Positions 1 to 13,699 of a DNA stretch of 64,000 bases are shown piece by piece; the stretch's first letter is position 1, and the number at the start of each line of letters is the position of its first letter. The notes beneath the pieces are model-generated. The model was not told the origin of the DNA. It searched no databases and saw nothing but the letters and a program-made list of their open reading frames with translations. The position numbers and the translations under genes are program-made. This DNA is from the human T2T-CHM13v2.0 reference genome, Homo sapiens. The DNA lies in assembly GCF_009914755.1 (NCBI RefSeq), contig NC_060930.1. One strand, given 5' to 3'.

Positions 1-1078
1 AACTTTACTAATTTTGTGCCCTTAGGCCTACGAGAAGCACCTAAAAATTCAGTTCTGTCAGTATTCCTTCTGAGGCTCTTGTGCCCAGTTTATTGGGGGA
101 TAAGAAAGACTCAAGATATTGTTAGCATTGGAACAATCCAGGAACTTGGACTAATCTCTCCTGGAGTTGCCAGAAGCTTCCACACATTACTTAATAAAAA
201 CTGCCTTAAAGTGTGACCAACATGAACACCCTGAGGCAGTTTTTTCTTTTTTGACAAGTGCCAGAAGCTTCTATCATAATGGAGATTTAGCACAAACACA
301 AGAGGTCAGGTGTCTACTGTAGGGGTTTCTCAGCAGAGCAGGCCATTTGAGCCATTTCTAAAGAGGAAAATAACAAGATCAGGAAAGGCCTAAGGGCAAA
401 TACTACTTGTCAAGCCTTATTATCACCATGGGAAGGAGTTGCATTTTTAGAACTTTCCTCTATAGTTGAAACCGTTGTCTTTCAACTGAAGACGAGACAT
501 TTCAAGCTATGATAATTATGCCAGTGAAACAGCCTTTTACCCTAGAATGACTCCCAATTTTTATCAAGTGCATTTACTACATGGTTTGATTTGGATACGG
601 GGGATTGGGAAATTAGTATTTTAATACAGCTACATACATGGCAGCCCACTACCGACATTTTTCTTTTCTCTCTTTAAAAACTTTCATTATTTCATTAGTG
701 TTTTATACATTCATTATAAAACACAAGAGAGTATAGAATTAAGCAAAAAGAAAATATCACTGTGAAAACACTACCTTGCTATCCTGGCCTAATATTTTAG
801 TATATAGTATTTTTCTGTGTAATATTTTAGCACAAAACTTTCTAATTTTTGTCTATGCAAATATGTGCACATAAATTTGAATTAAATATCTTAAAAAGTA
901 CCATATTATCTATGTATCTACATATCTATATCTAAATAAGCATTTTTTTCAGTAATATAACCATCTCTTCATGTCAAAAATGTAATCTGACATTAAAATT
1001 AATGACTATACACTATTTCAAGTTATGTTGCATCATAAATCACTTAGCCAATTCTCTATTGCTTAATATTTTGTTTAG

Positions 1079-1410
1079 TTATCAGTTCATATAGGCTAGC
1101 TTATACTGTGTTAACAAATAACCACTTAATTGCAGTAGTTTTACACAACAAACTTTATTTCTTGTCCTGCTACATGTCCATTGTGGGTTGGCCAGAGGCT
1201 GAGAGTGCTCCATGTCGACTGCACTCCATGATACAGGCTGACACAACAGCTACCAACGGGTTTCTGCTTGTCAAGAGAGAGGCAAAGAGAGCTTTGTAGG
1301 GTGCTGCATGGGCAATGGAGGTTCTGCTCCTCACAACTGATTGACCAGGAGTTGTCACATGGCCTTAACCAGGCACAAGAAGGCAAGCAAGTACAATCCT
1401 ACCATGTTTT
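1079..1410 (-). mobile_element. Old MaLR LTR (MLT1K/J-like)
   Basis: Resembles recalled MLT1 consensus blocks (aacaaataacc...aactttatttcttg...ctacatgtccattg...gtcacatggcc...caatcctaccatgt); heavily diverged. Confidence 0.6.
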
Positions 1411-1572
1411 CAAAACTGAGATTGAATTTCATTAAATTGTTGAAAAATAAATTACAGATGACTAAGGAACTACAATAAGAGTTGCAGCTTTTACAACAGG
1501 TACACTAAAAATGAGAAAACTCAAGTTCAGGAATGCTTTGAGCCTGGTCCAAAGACAATCAGCTCATCAGTG

Positions 1573-2326
1573 TGCAAAAGAAAATAAAATCTCAGGACCC
1601 CCAAACTTGCTATGCCAAGGGGAAAAGTTAAGCCTGGGAACTGAGTCATTCAACCCTTCCATTCTTCTTTCTCTAAACATATAGCTGTAACTTCACAACT
1701 CTGTTTCATAGCAGTATACATAAGCCAGTTTCCCACAACATCAAAGGACCTTATACCTATCCATGTGGACACCCTCACAAATTGCTCGCAAGGAAATTCC
1801 TTGCTGGCCCCTGGATCCTTTCAGGATACATAGCCTCTTATAAAGCAAACACATGCCAGTTGTAACCTTAAGTCTGCAGCCTGAGTTAAACTTCTCAAAC
1901 TGAGTTCTGTTAGACTCACACTGACAGTGTCCATTAAGAGCTTATGTTGCCAGGTAGCAAACAAGGACAAGATGAGATCAATCACTCTTCCACCTACCCT
2001 GAGACAGCTGTATAATTGACTCTTTCCTCTGCTCTCTCTTTTCAGTGTTTACCTTGTCTTATGTAAAACGTAGATTTGTTGATCAAGAATTAGAGCCTCA
2101 CAAGATTGTAACCATTTGCCTCACTGCCTACCCCCATCGTCCCTTCCTCCCAGCACTGGCACGCTCTCTCTCCTTAAATACTGAGTTCACAAAACCCTCT
2201 TTGGAAAACACAGGTCACAGGTGCTTCTGTGGCTTGTGTTTTTCCTGGGCACAGTCTCACACTTTGACCCAACAAACTTCTACTGATTGAGACACTTGCC
2301 TCAGTCATTCATTTTTTGGTTAAACA
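1573..2326 (+). mobile_element. Solo ERV1 LTR, MER4 group (MER72/LTR54-like)
   Basis: TG...CA termini; starts tgcaaaagaaaataaaatctcaggacccccaaac, ends ttttttggttaaaca; perfect 4-bp TSD AGTG (1569-1572 / 2327-2330). Confidence 0.85.
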
Positions 2327-3299
2327 AGTGGTTGTGTCAAAATTCACATATGTAATGTGTCTGGGGATGAGAGCCGTAAATTCAGTCATATGCTATCTGG
2401 AGAAGAAAAATGAGATAAAGCCTCATCTACGTTTCCTTTTAAAATTCTTTTTCTCATACTTAAATTTTCTCATTGCTCCAATTCTTCTAGAAACCATTAT
2501 CACCAGAGAAAATTACTTAATTTATAAATTTATAAATCATAGCCTGAGCCTTGTTTCATGAGTATTAAATCAGCCTTCAACCTCTGGGTACATAATTTCC
2601 AACTTTTTGATTACATCTAATTACAGCAATAAAAATACTCTTTCTTTAGGGTTTTAAATTTAGCATATCTTTCTTCCTCTTAAATTTTTTTTCAGAGGCA
2701 GATTAATTTTAAAAATTAATAACATTTATAAAAATGCCCCAAGTTCAGCTGTCTTAGCCTGAAAAAGGTTTATTTAAATAAACTTCTAACTTCAGGTATT
2801 GACCTGTATTTATATACATGCATATGTATTACATACATATTATTTATATATTCTGAGCATGTCAAAATTGCATTATATTTGTTGCGTTAAGACTTTTAGT
2901 TCTATCCTCTGTCCTCAGTAAATTTATTGGGTTTCTTTTGTTGTTCTATGAAATGTTTTTTTATGTTTACTTTTAACTTTTTTACTATAACATTTTTCCA
3001 TGTGGAGTTTTAGGCTTTTTTTCTCATATTTTGCTTTATTATCAATTCTCTAGTGCAGTGTTGAATATTTTACTAAAGCAAAATTAATGTGATTAAGTTC
3101 AAATTTGGACCTTAAACATCGTTCAGATGTTTAAATACATATATACTATGTACACACAAACATAATATATATATTATATATGTGTAATTTCCTTTTATCA
3201 TTGTAAGAGACAGTTTGAAGCACTAAAACACTGTAAACAAAAAATATTATTCATGATGATATTACCAGAAAAATATTTAACTTCTGGCACACATTCTCC

Positions 3300-4690
3300 A
3301 GTACTTAAAGAAATTTTTAACATACTGGAGGACATATCATAAATTAAAATGTTACATCATTTACATTTTACTTATAGGCATTTTGTTGTATTATACTTTT
3401 ATAAATATAATTTGAATGGAGGTCAAATATTCCATTATATGACTATGCCAACTTAGTTTCCCTCACATTAAGTATTTAGGATATTTTTAGGTTAAATTAT
3501 GCAACAATTATGTTTTTTAAAATTAACTCCTCTGTGTACATATCTTTGGATATCTTTCCAACTATTTCCTGATAAAAGAGTCCTAAATGTGTGAAACAAA
3601 AGGTATCATATTTTTAAGTCTCCTGGTGCTTATGTTGCAGCTTTTTCACGCCTATTGTTCAGTGAGTTGGTGGGGAGTGTTACAACTCTTTTACCCCCAC
3701 CACCAGTGAGCTCTGGGTTCTTGTCTCATGACCAGGAAGAATAAGGGACGTGGACACCAGAGAGTGAGTAAGGCAGAGTCAGATTATTAAGCAACAGAAA
3801 AGTTCTCAGCAAGCAGAGGAGACCCAAAAGAGGGTTGTTGGCTGCAGGGCTAAGTTCAGGGTTTTTATGGACTTTGAAGTGGGAGGAGTGCGTTGACTCC
3901 AAGGGACATCTTGGAGAAAGCACCACTCAGAAAGAGACACAGTACTGAAAAGAACCAATTGGAGGTAGAGGTGAAGTCTTGGCCTGCAACTAATCAGGGG
4001 CTGAAGTGACATTACACATTATGCAACTAAAGATTCGGCCAGCACCAATCACAGAAGGATAGGTATATGTAAAATACGTGAAAAGTAAGGAAAAATTGGG
4101 AGGAAGCACATGAAATGGACAAAGCCATGCCAAGGAGAGAGAAATGTGTGCAACAAAGGGGTGGAATATGTTCATCTGGGTTCATAGAGTAGGCGTCTCC
4201 ATTCAAGGAGACAGGCTTTTTCTTACCTGGGGCCTGCAGCTTGATTTTCAGGCTGTTCTTGATCTGAAGGAGTTTCACCCAGGACCAACCCTAACCACCT
4301 GCATGATTGTTTTTTTTCCTTCCTACTCTCACACGTATTTATATGTTGTTTTCTAAAGAGATTGTACTAATAGAGATGAGTACCTATTTCACTCTTCCTG
4401 GACAACATTGAATAGGGTCTTTTTTTAAAGTATGCAAATGAGATTAATAACTAATAAAATAAATAATTTTAATTTCCAGTTCTTTGATTACTAGTGAAAT
4501 AAGTCTATTGTCATGTTTTTAAGCTATTCCTATTTAGTCTTTCATGGCTTGCCTATTAGCAATGGAGACTAACATCCTAGTATTTTCCTTTTTGTCTGTG
4601 TGAGTGCTTTACATCTGAATAATGCTAACCAGGTGCATAATGGTGGCAAATCCATTTTTCTGGATAGTTGGTTGTTTTTAAGTTTGTTTT
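3300..4690 (-). mobile_element. Ancient L1ME-like 3' fragments, interrupted by the LTR at 3633-4331
   Basis: Degenerate L1M 3'-end motifs (attccattatatgactatgcca; tctttgattactagtga) on both sides of the LTR. Confidence 0.5.
3633..4331 (-). mobile_element. Solo ERV1 LTR (MER83/LTR29-like)
   Basis: Reverse complement begins tgagagtaggaagg...gaacagcctgaaaatcaagctgcaggc, as recalled for the MER83/LTR29 group; TG/CA ends. Confidence 0.75.
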
Positions 4691-4699
4691 AAAACTGCA

Positions 4700-5570
4700 T
4701 TCAGGCAACCACTTCCTCACAGAGGGCAGATGGCGGCACCTCTGCCCTCACAGTTGGGCCATGCAGTAGTGTCACACCCGGGCGGCTCACCAGCTTCTTC
4801 CAGCATGAAGATGACCATGGCCTGAGCTGAGTCCTGTTGGAGGCCTCAAGGGGTCTCCTGACTCCCCCACTCTTCAGATTGTGAGCAAGAACTGGAGGTG
4901 GCAGTCAGCCCCGGGAGGGCTGGCGTCTGGTCAGGCTTTTGTCTGTGGCCTGTTCCCACCCTTCTGATGGCTGTGAGCACTGGGGAGAGAGTGGCCAGTG
5001 TGGGGGAGGCTGAGGTCCTGCCTTGACGTTCTGAACAGGTGAAGCTCGATCATCCTGGGGAAAGACATAGACCAGCTGTGTGTGAACTTGGAGCCAGCAG
5101 AGGAGCAAGATGGAAGCTGATGGCCCCTCCTCCAAGATGAATGTGGTCAGAAACACTGGGATCAGAGCCAGTGAGATGCAGCAGGAGGCTATCAAGGAGA
5201 CAAGGTGCATTTCCATGCTGCCGACCCTGAAGGCAACGAATGGAATGAGGATAAAGTGAAGATTTTCTAAAAATTGATGGGGTAACACAGAAAGTTCTCA
5301 GGAACCTCGGAGACCACTGGTATCAGGTGGAAACCAGTCCATTCCCACAGCACAACCATCTGTTCCACTTCCAGTGGCTGCTCTGGGTCCCACTGTGCTG
5401 TCCACCCCCATGGGCTGCCGGGCACCTCCTAGAACTTTTACCCCCTCCTGCAGCCCCTGATATCACATCCCTCTGCATCAGTACCTGGCTATGGGCAGGT
5501 TCCAGATGTATTAAAGATTTGCTCTAATAGGAAAAAAGAAAAATAGAAGAGATGGAGAGAGAGAGAGAAA
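4700..5570 (+). pseudogene. Candidate processed pseudogene (retrocopy), parent unidentified
   Basis: Abrupt GC-rich island in AT-rich L1 DNA; L1-endonuclease-like TTTT/AAAA at 4687-4694; agATGgcggca at 4730; ATTAAA at 5510-5515 followed 16 nt later by an A/purine-rich tail; stops in all three forward frames. Confidence 0.55.
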
Positions 5571-5589
5571 GGATGGGGGGCAAAAAAGG

Positions 5590-5850
5590 ATTCGATTTAA
5601 ATATTTCCTATTGACATTTTGAGTTTACTAAAACTGACTTCTGCTGTGATCAGTCTGCTCTTACGCCCATTCAGTGAACTTGTTTTAGACAGTATTTTTT
5701 TCATTCTAGAATGTTCATTTAATTCTTTTAATAGTTTCCAATTCTTTGTTGAAATTTTTCATATTTTCATTCATTTTGACCATCACTTTCTCTATATTAC
5801 TTAGCATATTTATAGCATATTGAAATTCTTATCTCCTATGTAAGATTACT
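5590..5850 (-). mobile_element. Old L1M fragment (ORF1 region)
   Basis: Antisense L1M ORF1-type text (gagtttacta...ttctgctgtgatcagtctgct...cccattcagtgaa...ttctagaatgttcattt). Confidence 0.55.
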
Positions 5851-7730
5851 TTGAAGTCCTTGGTTCAATAATTAATTAGTAAAACACAAAGAATCAGGGA
5901 CATGTTAGAAGCTGTGAACACTGCAATCAACCAACATAACCTAATTTGCATTAACAGAACACTGCTCCTAACAACTAGAGAATTTTTTTTTCAAGGGCAC
6001 ATGAAACATTCATCAAAGTAGACCATACGATGAACTATGAAAAGTCTCAATAAATGTAAAAGATTAAAATTAAAATCACATAGAGTATGTACTCCTACCA
6101 CAATGTTAAATTAGGAACCAAGAAAAATAAAATAATTAGAAGAACAAGTAAAGTAGAAAAAAAGACAAAATACAAAATAGCAACAAAGTTAAAATTGGTT
6201 CTTTGAAACATTTAAGGATATTTTGAATAATACCGATAAAATTATTCACAAAAAGAGAAAAAACGTGAATTACTAATGAAAGAGTATTATTGCTATAGAT
6301 CTTATGTATATTAAAAGGACACAAGGGGATATTACATAACTTATGAAAATACATTCAACAAATTAGATGAATCAGGCAAATTCCTTGAAAAACACAAATT
6401 ATCAAGACAGATACAACAAGAAAGGGAAAATTCAAATAGGCCCAGATTGCTTTGAATTCAATCAAAGATTTAAGATAGGAATAATACCAATACTACATAA
6501 ATTTCAGAAAACAGGAGGAGGCAATGTTTTTCAACTTAATTTATGAGGCCAATATACCAAGACTATGATACCAAAACCTAAGAAATAACAAGAGAAGACA
6601 ACTCATAAACATGGACTTAACAAACACCAGCTGTTTAAATATAGCAATACTTAAGTAGGCTAGAACACCATGACCAAGTGGGATTTTTCTAGGATTGCAA
6701 GGATTGTTTCACATTAGGAAATCAATAAATGCTTATTAGAATAAAGAAGGAAAGAAAACCCCACACGATCATAGATGCAAAAAACGTGCTTTGGGCAAAA
6801 GCCAACATCCATTTTAATTCCCATTTCACGTAAAAAATTCTCAGATAAAAGGAAGTGAAAGAAGCTTCCCTAATCTGATAAAGGGCATCTATCAAAAAGC
6901 TACAGCTAACACCACACTTTAAGTCTTCTCCCCTAAGATTATAAACAAGACAGAAATGTCCACGTTTACACTTTTTTTCAACATTTACCAGAGATCCTAT
7001 AATTGTAAGGTAGGACCCACCCCCTAAACTAATCCTTTACGAAAAATAAAATAAAAAATTGACTACACCAAATGTTGACAAGGATATTAAACAACTGAGA
7101 CTCTCACACATTGCTGGTGGTCATGTAAAATAATGCAACTTATTTGGAGAATTGTGTGGCAGTGTCTTTAAAATTCCAACATACAACCACTCCATGATCC
7201 AACATTTCCATTCCCAGGTGCTTACCCAAGAGAAGCAAAACATGGGTCCACATAAAGACTCGCATGTAAATGTTCACAGCAGATGTATTTGCAATAGCCA
7301 AAAACAATGTAAATTGTCCTTCAAGAGAAGATAGGATAAGCAAATTGTGGTATTTTTATGTAACAATACAACTTAACATTAAAAAGGAATGAACTGATGA
7401 TACACACAGCAACATGGATGATTTTCAAAAACAATTTTCAACAAGAAAGGCAGGCACAAAAGAATACATATTGCATCCTTCCATTTACATAATGTCTAAG
7501 AAAAGGCAAAACTTATCTATGGATATAGAGGCCAGAAAGTGTATGGCTCTGTTGAGGCGGAATTGACTGCAAAGTGGATGAGGTAAATTCCTGAAACGAT
7601 CATATTGTTCTGCATCCTGTTTTCATTTGCTGGTTACACGGGTATGTACAATTACCAAAACTCACTGAAGTGAACACTTGCGTTGTGTATTTTATTACAT
7701 GTAAATTATAACCCAATAAGAAAATTAAAA
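5850..7730 (+). mobile_element. Old L1 (L1ME/MD-like) ORF2 fragments and 3' end
   Basis: Recognisable ORF2 segments (gaaacattcatcaaagtagaccata; ttatgaggccaata; ctgataaagggcatcta) and L1M 3' UTR ending tgtaaattataacccaataag. Confidence 0.8.
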
Positions 7731-9111
7731 GAGATCTCAAATCCATTATTCAAAAAGAAATTTTTCAATAAATACTAAATCCATCTACAAATATCTATAT
7801 TTATCAGGCTTCCCTCACTACTTTCTGTACTACTATATCATGTTCATTGGAATTGTGCCTAAAGAAATAACACCCATCCATGGATGAAGAGCATGGCAAT
7901 GATGAGTACATGCAGTTGGATGCCAAAATATTAAAAGACATTTTTCTTCATTTGAAAAATAGTTTCTATATATGCTAGCCAATTATTTACTGGTTTTCAT
8001 ATCATCTGGTGAAATTTCATCTATGTACATTATATCTGTTTTCTTCAGTCATAAAATATTTTCTTCTGGATAAGAACTCTTTTGTCAAATTGGATGAAAA
8101 TACCGTACAGATATTTGGTCAGAAAAAAACTCCAATTCCTGTAAAATAGTTCACCAGTATAATCTTTGTCTTAAAATTGTTTTATAATATATAAAATATA
8201 GTGTGATGATATTAAACATAATGAAATAGCTGTTATACATTACAAAAATAGTTAACAAAGTAAATCAGTGATATCTTGCTTTGTGTCTGCCCTGGTGGTT
8301 ACATATTTTGGAATGAGTTGCTCAAGTTTGAACCCAAGAGAGGGTGGAAACTCCAAGAAATACAATTTTCTTATTAGATTTTTTTGATCCAATTTAGCAT
8401 AAATATATGACTAGAGCTTAAATTTAGAGACCGTCTGCCAAGAGGATTCATTTTCTTTGGAGAGGAGAGCATGTTCGGACTCCTTTCAGAGCAAAAACCA
8501 TTGGGAAATAGATGTGCCTATGTGAGTTTTATAATCATAGTTAAAAACAAAGCTTTCTCTAGACATTCCCACTTACAAAATATTTGTATAAGTCATTCGT
8601 TGATAATAATAGGGGAAAAGTTGAATGGGAGGTTGAAGAAAGAATAGGATGAAAAAAATGCAAGTACTGTTGGAATTGTTATCTTGCAAGTGATAAAGGA
8701 AATTGAAGTAAAATGAACCTTGAAACTTCATTTCTGATTCTTTCGTGTGGTTTAAAGCAGGAACAAATGAGGCCAGGTACAGAATGTCTTGCTTTATTCT
8801 GATGTACTCTGGCATAAAATCATAAATGAAAATACAGCAATATAACATCGAGTTCTGCTTCAGAAATAGAGTTACATGCATTTACCTTTATAAATGATAA
8901 ATGAGAAGCTATAACTGAGAAAATCTCTCTTGGCTATCTCAAACAAAGCATGGCAAGTAAATGATATTGAAAATAAGTTATTTCTCTTAAAATGTTTGAA
9001 TTGCTTTTTAAATGAAAAGTAAGATTTAGTGTAATTAATGCAACAATGCAAACATATATAAGTAATAATTCGTACATTCCTTATCCCTGAAGGTAACCAA
9101 GGTTAGCCTGG

Positions 9112-9525
9112 TGGCTTAGGTTGAATTCTTCCAGAAGCAAACCCTGAAACAATGTTTCAGAAGCAAATGATTTATTAAAGATTTACTCCCAGGAGCAAGC
9201 AGAGGGAATGGAGGAGAAAGAACAGAAATGGGGAAGGAGTCAGGCAAGCATGTAATTTCAAGTCCCTCAGAAAGCTCTGTAGTATATGTAATGCTTTGGG
9301 AATGTCTCTGCTTAGACGCTAGGGCTTTGTACTCAGTCCACTACAAAAGCCACAGCTCCCAGGTATTTCCAACTATCTTAAGAATGAGTTAGCTCCAGTA
9401 TCCAAAGTAATCTTCCAGTGTCACAGGTGGATCTCAGCACAAAGCATGCTGGAGCTGGGATGGGTGCACAGAGCTGCCAAAGGATCCGGGGCATCTAGGT
9501 GAGGAGCAAAATTGTCTGATACACC
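9112..9525 (-). mobile_element. ERVL-type LTR (LTR16-like)
   Basis: ccagaagcaaaccctgaaacaa...tttatt...cccaggag pattern recalled for the LTR16 family. Confidence 0.55.
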
Positions 9526-9570
9526 TGGGATATATCCTTCCATGCATTTCCACCCTTCTCTTTCATGTGT

Positions 9571-9976
9571 TGTATTTGTTCATTCTTGCCCTCCTATAAA
9601 GAAATATCTGAGACTGGGTAATTTATAAAGAAAAAAGTTTTAATTGTTTCACAGTTCCACAGACTACAGGAAGCATGGCCGCAGCTACTCAGCTTCCAGG
9701 GGGGCCTCAGGAAACTTTTGATCATGGTGGAAGCAAAGGGGAAGCAGATACATCTTACATGACCAGAGACAGAGGAGGGGGAGGTGCCACACACTTTTAA
9801 ACAACCAGATCTTGTGAGAACTCTATCACGAGAACAGCACCAAAGGGATGGTGCTAAAATATTTATGAAGGATCCACCCCAATGATTCAATCACTTCCCA
9901 GCAGGCCCTACCTCCAACGCTGGGGATTCCAATTCAACATGAGATCTGAGCAGAGACACAGATCCAGACAATATCA
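9571..9976 (-). mobile_element. MaLR LTR (MSTA/MSTB)
   Basis: tgtattt...gagactgggtaatttataaagaaaa...gatccagacaatatca; 5-bp TSD tgtgt/tatgt. Confidence 0.88.
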
Positions 9977-12869
9977 TATGTCTTGTGACTACTTACGTAT
10001 TGAGTCTATCATTTAAATAAAAACATAAGACACAAGATTTCAACTTTTGTCTAGTCAAAATATCTATTCTAGAACATAGAAACATATGAATACATTTCCT
10101 CTACTTACAGATTTCTGAAAATGCTTTTCAGCTACTATTGATAGCATCCACATATCTTTTTCTCCTTTAACATATAGATCTGTTAAATCATGTTGATAGA
10201 TTCTTAATGTTGTCATTAAATAATGACAAGGTTACATTTTATTAATGCTGTCCATTCCTTGTAGTCATGACAGAAATTGAGGTTGCTGTTCATAATATCC
10301 ATAGCATTGGTCCTTTCTGTATGTTTGTCTTTGTCCATTTTCTTCCTCCTCTTAGTATCTGGCCTGAAAAAAAAAGTGAGAGGGGAGAGTCTTGAGATTA
10401 TTTTACTTTGTATTTGTATGAGATCTTAAGTAAGTAGTCAAAAATGACTCCTAGCTATCAAGTTAATAAGGGAAAATTGCAAGTCCCTAGTTTTTCTTCT
10501 TTCAGTTAAACGTAGCTTACAAAAATGTAAACGATAACAACAAGGGACTATTAACAATATCAACAAAGGGACTGACTTTGCTTTAACAAGATGGCTGTTG
10601 AAAAAAATAAAAAATAAAAAAAGGTCATTTGTAAATGACCAAAGCTTTAGAGTATTCTGATGATATAAATTAAACTCCCAGTTTTTTACTGAGTTTTTGT
10701 TTCATAGATTCAAACAAAGTTACCAAATCTGGTTGTGATTGATTTGTTTTTATGTTACATAGCAAATACTGCCAAAGTCACAGAGGAATGCTTTTTATTT
10801 ATCTGGGCATTTTTATATTTTTAAACTTTTTTTCCAGGCAAAAATTGGACATAATTTAAAAATACCAAGGTGACGGTGTTTCTGTACACAGACTTTCCAG
10901 TCTTAAAAAACCTTCATCGTATTTAAGACAATGAGTAGCTTGAATTTTCCCATTTCACACTCTTTACAAATGACCATTTATTTAATTACCCATTGCTTTC
11001 TATCTATAAATCTGTCTCCTTCTTTTTTCTACTTTTTTTTTGTTCCATGTCATGCAATGTTTGTTATCTATCAATTTTTCTTATTCAGTACTTTTTTGTA
11101 TTCTCCTTCCAGTCCCCTTTTAGCCTGAAATCAAGAATTTAAAATTCCTTGTGTAGTTCAGACTCATGTAAACAAAACTATACTCCAGGGAGATTTCATT
11201 CAGATCTCAAATGCATTCCAGTTTCTACTATCTTACCAGGTACTGAAGTAATGAACAAAATTGCTAAAGAGCTGTACTTTAGTACTAAATTCAATAGAAT
11301 ATTCTTTAAAATAATAAAAAAAAGATTTTAGGGAAAGGTGTAATCAATAGTAAACTATATTCAGATACTACTTAGCATAAAATCCAAGGTAGTTGTAATT
11401 ATTTTAATAGAAGCATAGTGCCTAGCTCAGCGTTTTGCTCAGATTGGACACTGGAAAGATATGTTAAACAAATAAGTCACTTCATTACAGTGGTGCCTGC
11501 TATACTACATATGGACACTATTGATTTTTAGTCTGTGCTATTTTGTGAGAAAAACTATATTTAAAACGAGGGAAAAAAAGCTTTTTTATATCACCCGAGA
11601 GTTATCGAAATCATGTGAATTATCAAAGCTTTCCTACATGTAGGAAACTTAGGAATCATTTTAAATAGTTCCAAGAGCTTTGAAATTAAGAGTTTCAATC
11701 ATATAATAGAGCCGTCACTAGATATTCCATTGGGAGTTTGACCTGTTAAAGCTATCTTTATATAAAAAGAAAAATTCAAAACTTTTTTTTAAAGTTCTTC
11801 ACACTTAATAACTGTGTTTACAACACTAAATAAGTCTTAAACACAGCCACTTGTTTGTGCTAAATATTTGTCCTGAACAAGGAGGAAAATAAAAGGCCAT
11901 ATTCTGATGTGTGATATCAGTTTTCAGGCAGGTAGTTGCAGTTTAAGTAGGTTTAGAGAGAGATGAAAAAATGAAAATTAGAAACCAGGGATATGAGCCA
12001 GACATGGTGCAGATAATCTTAAACCAAATTTTGTCATCTCTCATAATCAGTGGGATTTTTCGTTCCTTTTCTTAGACTCTTTTGGGTGCCAGTAACAGAA
12101 ATCTACTTAAAGTAGTCTGTTTTGTTTAAAAAGACTTTTTCAGAGTATTGACATACTTTAGGGGATCTAGGGGCAGATAATGTCTTTGAGCCTCACAGAG
12201 GACTAGAAGTGGCAATGGAAAAGTCATCAGATACCCACTTGTTTTGGGGCAAAATTTCTTGGCCAAACCCAAGGGAAATATTTCTTCTTAAACTAGATCT
12301 CCAATGAAGTAACTGTTTCCTTTTATAAAGTAGAAAATTTGTGATTGGGAACTATGAGAAACAGACAATTGTCCCTAAAGTTTTTCAACAGAGATAGCTT
12401 TGTTCTGTTTGCAGGATCATATTATATAGTAAATGATATTCTCAAGAAAACGCCTACACACTGAGACAAAGACCTTCCCTCCAACACCTTCTACATCTCA
12501 AACATTAATGATGAGGGTTCTGCATGCTAGGAATCACATCAAGCTTCTTCAGACATCCTCAACAGGGATTAAAGAGGCAGCCCACACATAGGGACCTAAA
12601 GCCACTTTTCTTCAGACTGTCCTGCCTCCACCAACATAGATCAAGGGGGAGTTCCAGATGCCATCTCTTCTTGTCTCCTGACACTCACTGTGTGTCTGTC
12701 TTCCTTGACAATCCCATGATCTGTTTATTCTAGTTTTGTCAGGCACCAGAGGGAGAACCCGATGTCTTGGTTCTTTGTCCTTGTCTCCTTTCTATCTATT
12801 CCCACTGTCTGGGGGCTGTCATCCAGCCAGGGATTACCACACCTGGTTCAAATAGAGGAAGACCTAAGA

Positions 12870-13290
12870 AAGACATTTGCTTTCATAGTAACAGCAGGGA
12901 AAAAAAGAAAAAATCAAAATTACAATTTTTATTAAGCTTTGAAAAAAATATGGACCCAAAATAAGTTTAAGAAAATAAATTCCAGAGGAGGATGAAATCA
13001 CCGTAGATGAGATAAGAGTCACAAAAGTTGTGTTCCTGGAACCAAGTGCCAAGTTATGGTACAAGCAGGCAGAGGAGCAGGGGAGACTGTGATAGATGCG
13101 GGAAGGGTGGTTTTCTGTCAGGTTGAAGAGGTTGGACTGGAAATAAACAGAAGGGAAGCTATCAGGGGTGACAGAAATGTTGTTTGTATTCATTTGGGTG
13201 TTAACTACACAGGCATATATGTTTGTCCCACCTTATCCAACCGTGATCATAAGATCTGTGCATTTCACAATTAAACATACATTTTTTAAA
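12870..13290 (+). mobile_element. L1ME-like 3' end fragment
   Basis: gaaatgttgtttgtatt...actacacaggcatatat...aagatctgtgcatttcac terminal motif. Confidence 0.5.
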
Positions 13291-13699
13291 AATGAAGTAA
13301 ATAATATAGAGGGGAATAGCCTGAAACAAAGATGGCAGGAGGTTCATGGTTATTGAAGCTTGGTGGTGAATGCTTACAGATTTGATATACTGTTCTCTTT
13401 ATTTCTCTTCTCTGTCTAAACCCTTCAAAGATTCTCCACTTCACTACTAGTAAAAGCTAAGTTCTCAAAACAACCTGTGAAGATCCACAGAGTTCTTTTA
13501 GAACGGCCCTCTCCTGTGATCTTTCTTGACCTCATCCCTTATTAATCTCTGCCCTCTTCACTCTACTATAACCATATACTACAGCCACTGCTAGCTGTTT
13601 CTTGAAGTTACCAGGCATGTGCACTAGTTACATCTTTGCATTGGTTGTTCCATCTCCATGTTGCCCCCTAACCCCAGATAAAACCCAGACCAATTTCTT

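Noticed and set aside
4905-5288. 127-aa minus-strand ORF
   Set aside because: Antisense to the poly(A)-defined orientation of the putative retrocopy; non-ATG start and no recognisable homology.
8573-8881. 102-aa ATG ORF on the minus strand in unique DNA
   Set aside because: Low-complexity F/I/L/Y-rich product typical of AT-rich chance ORFs; no motif or convincing splice context.
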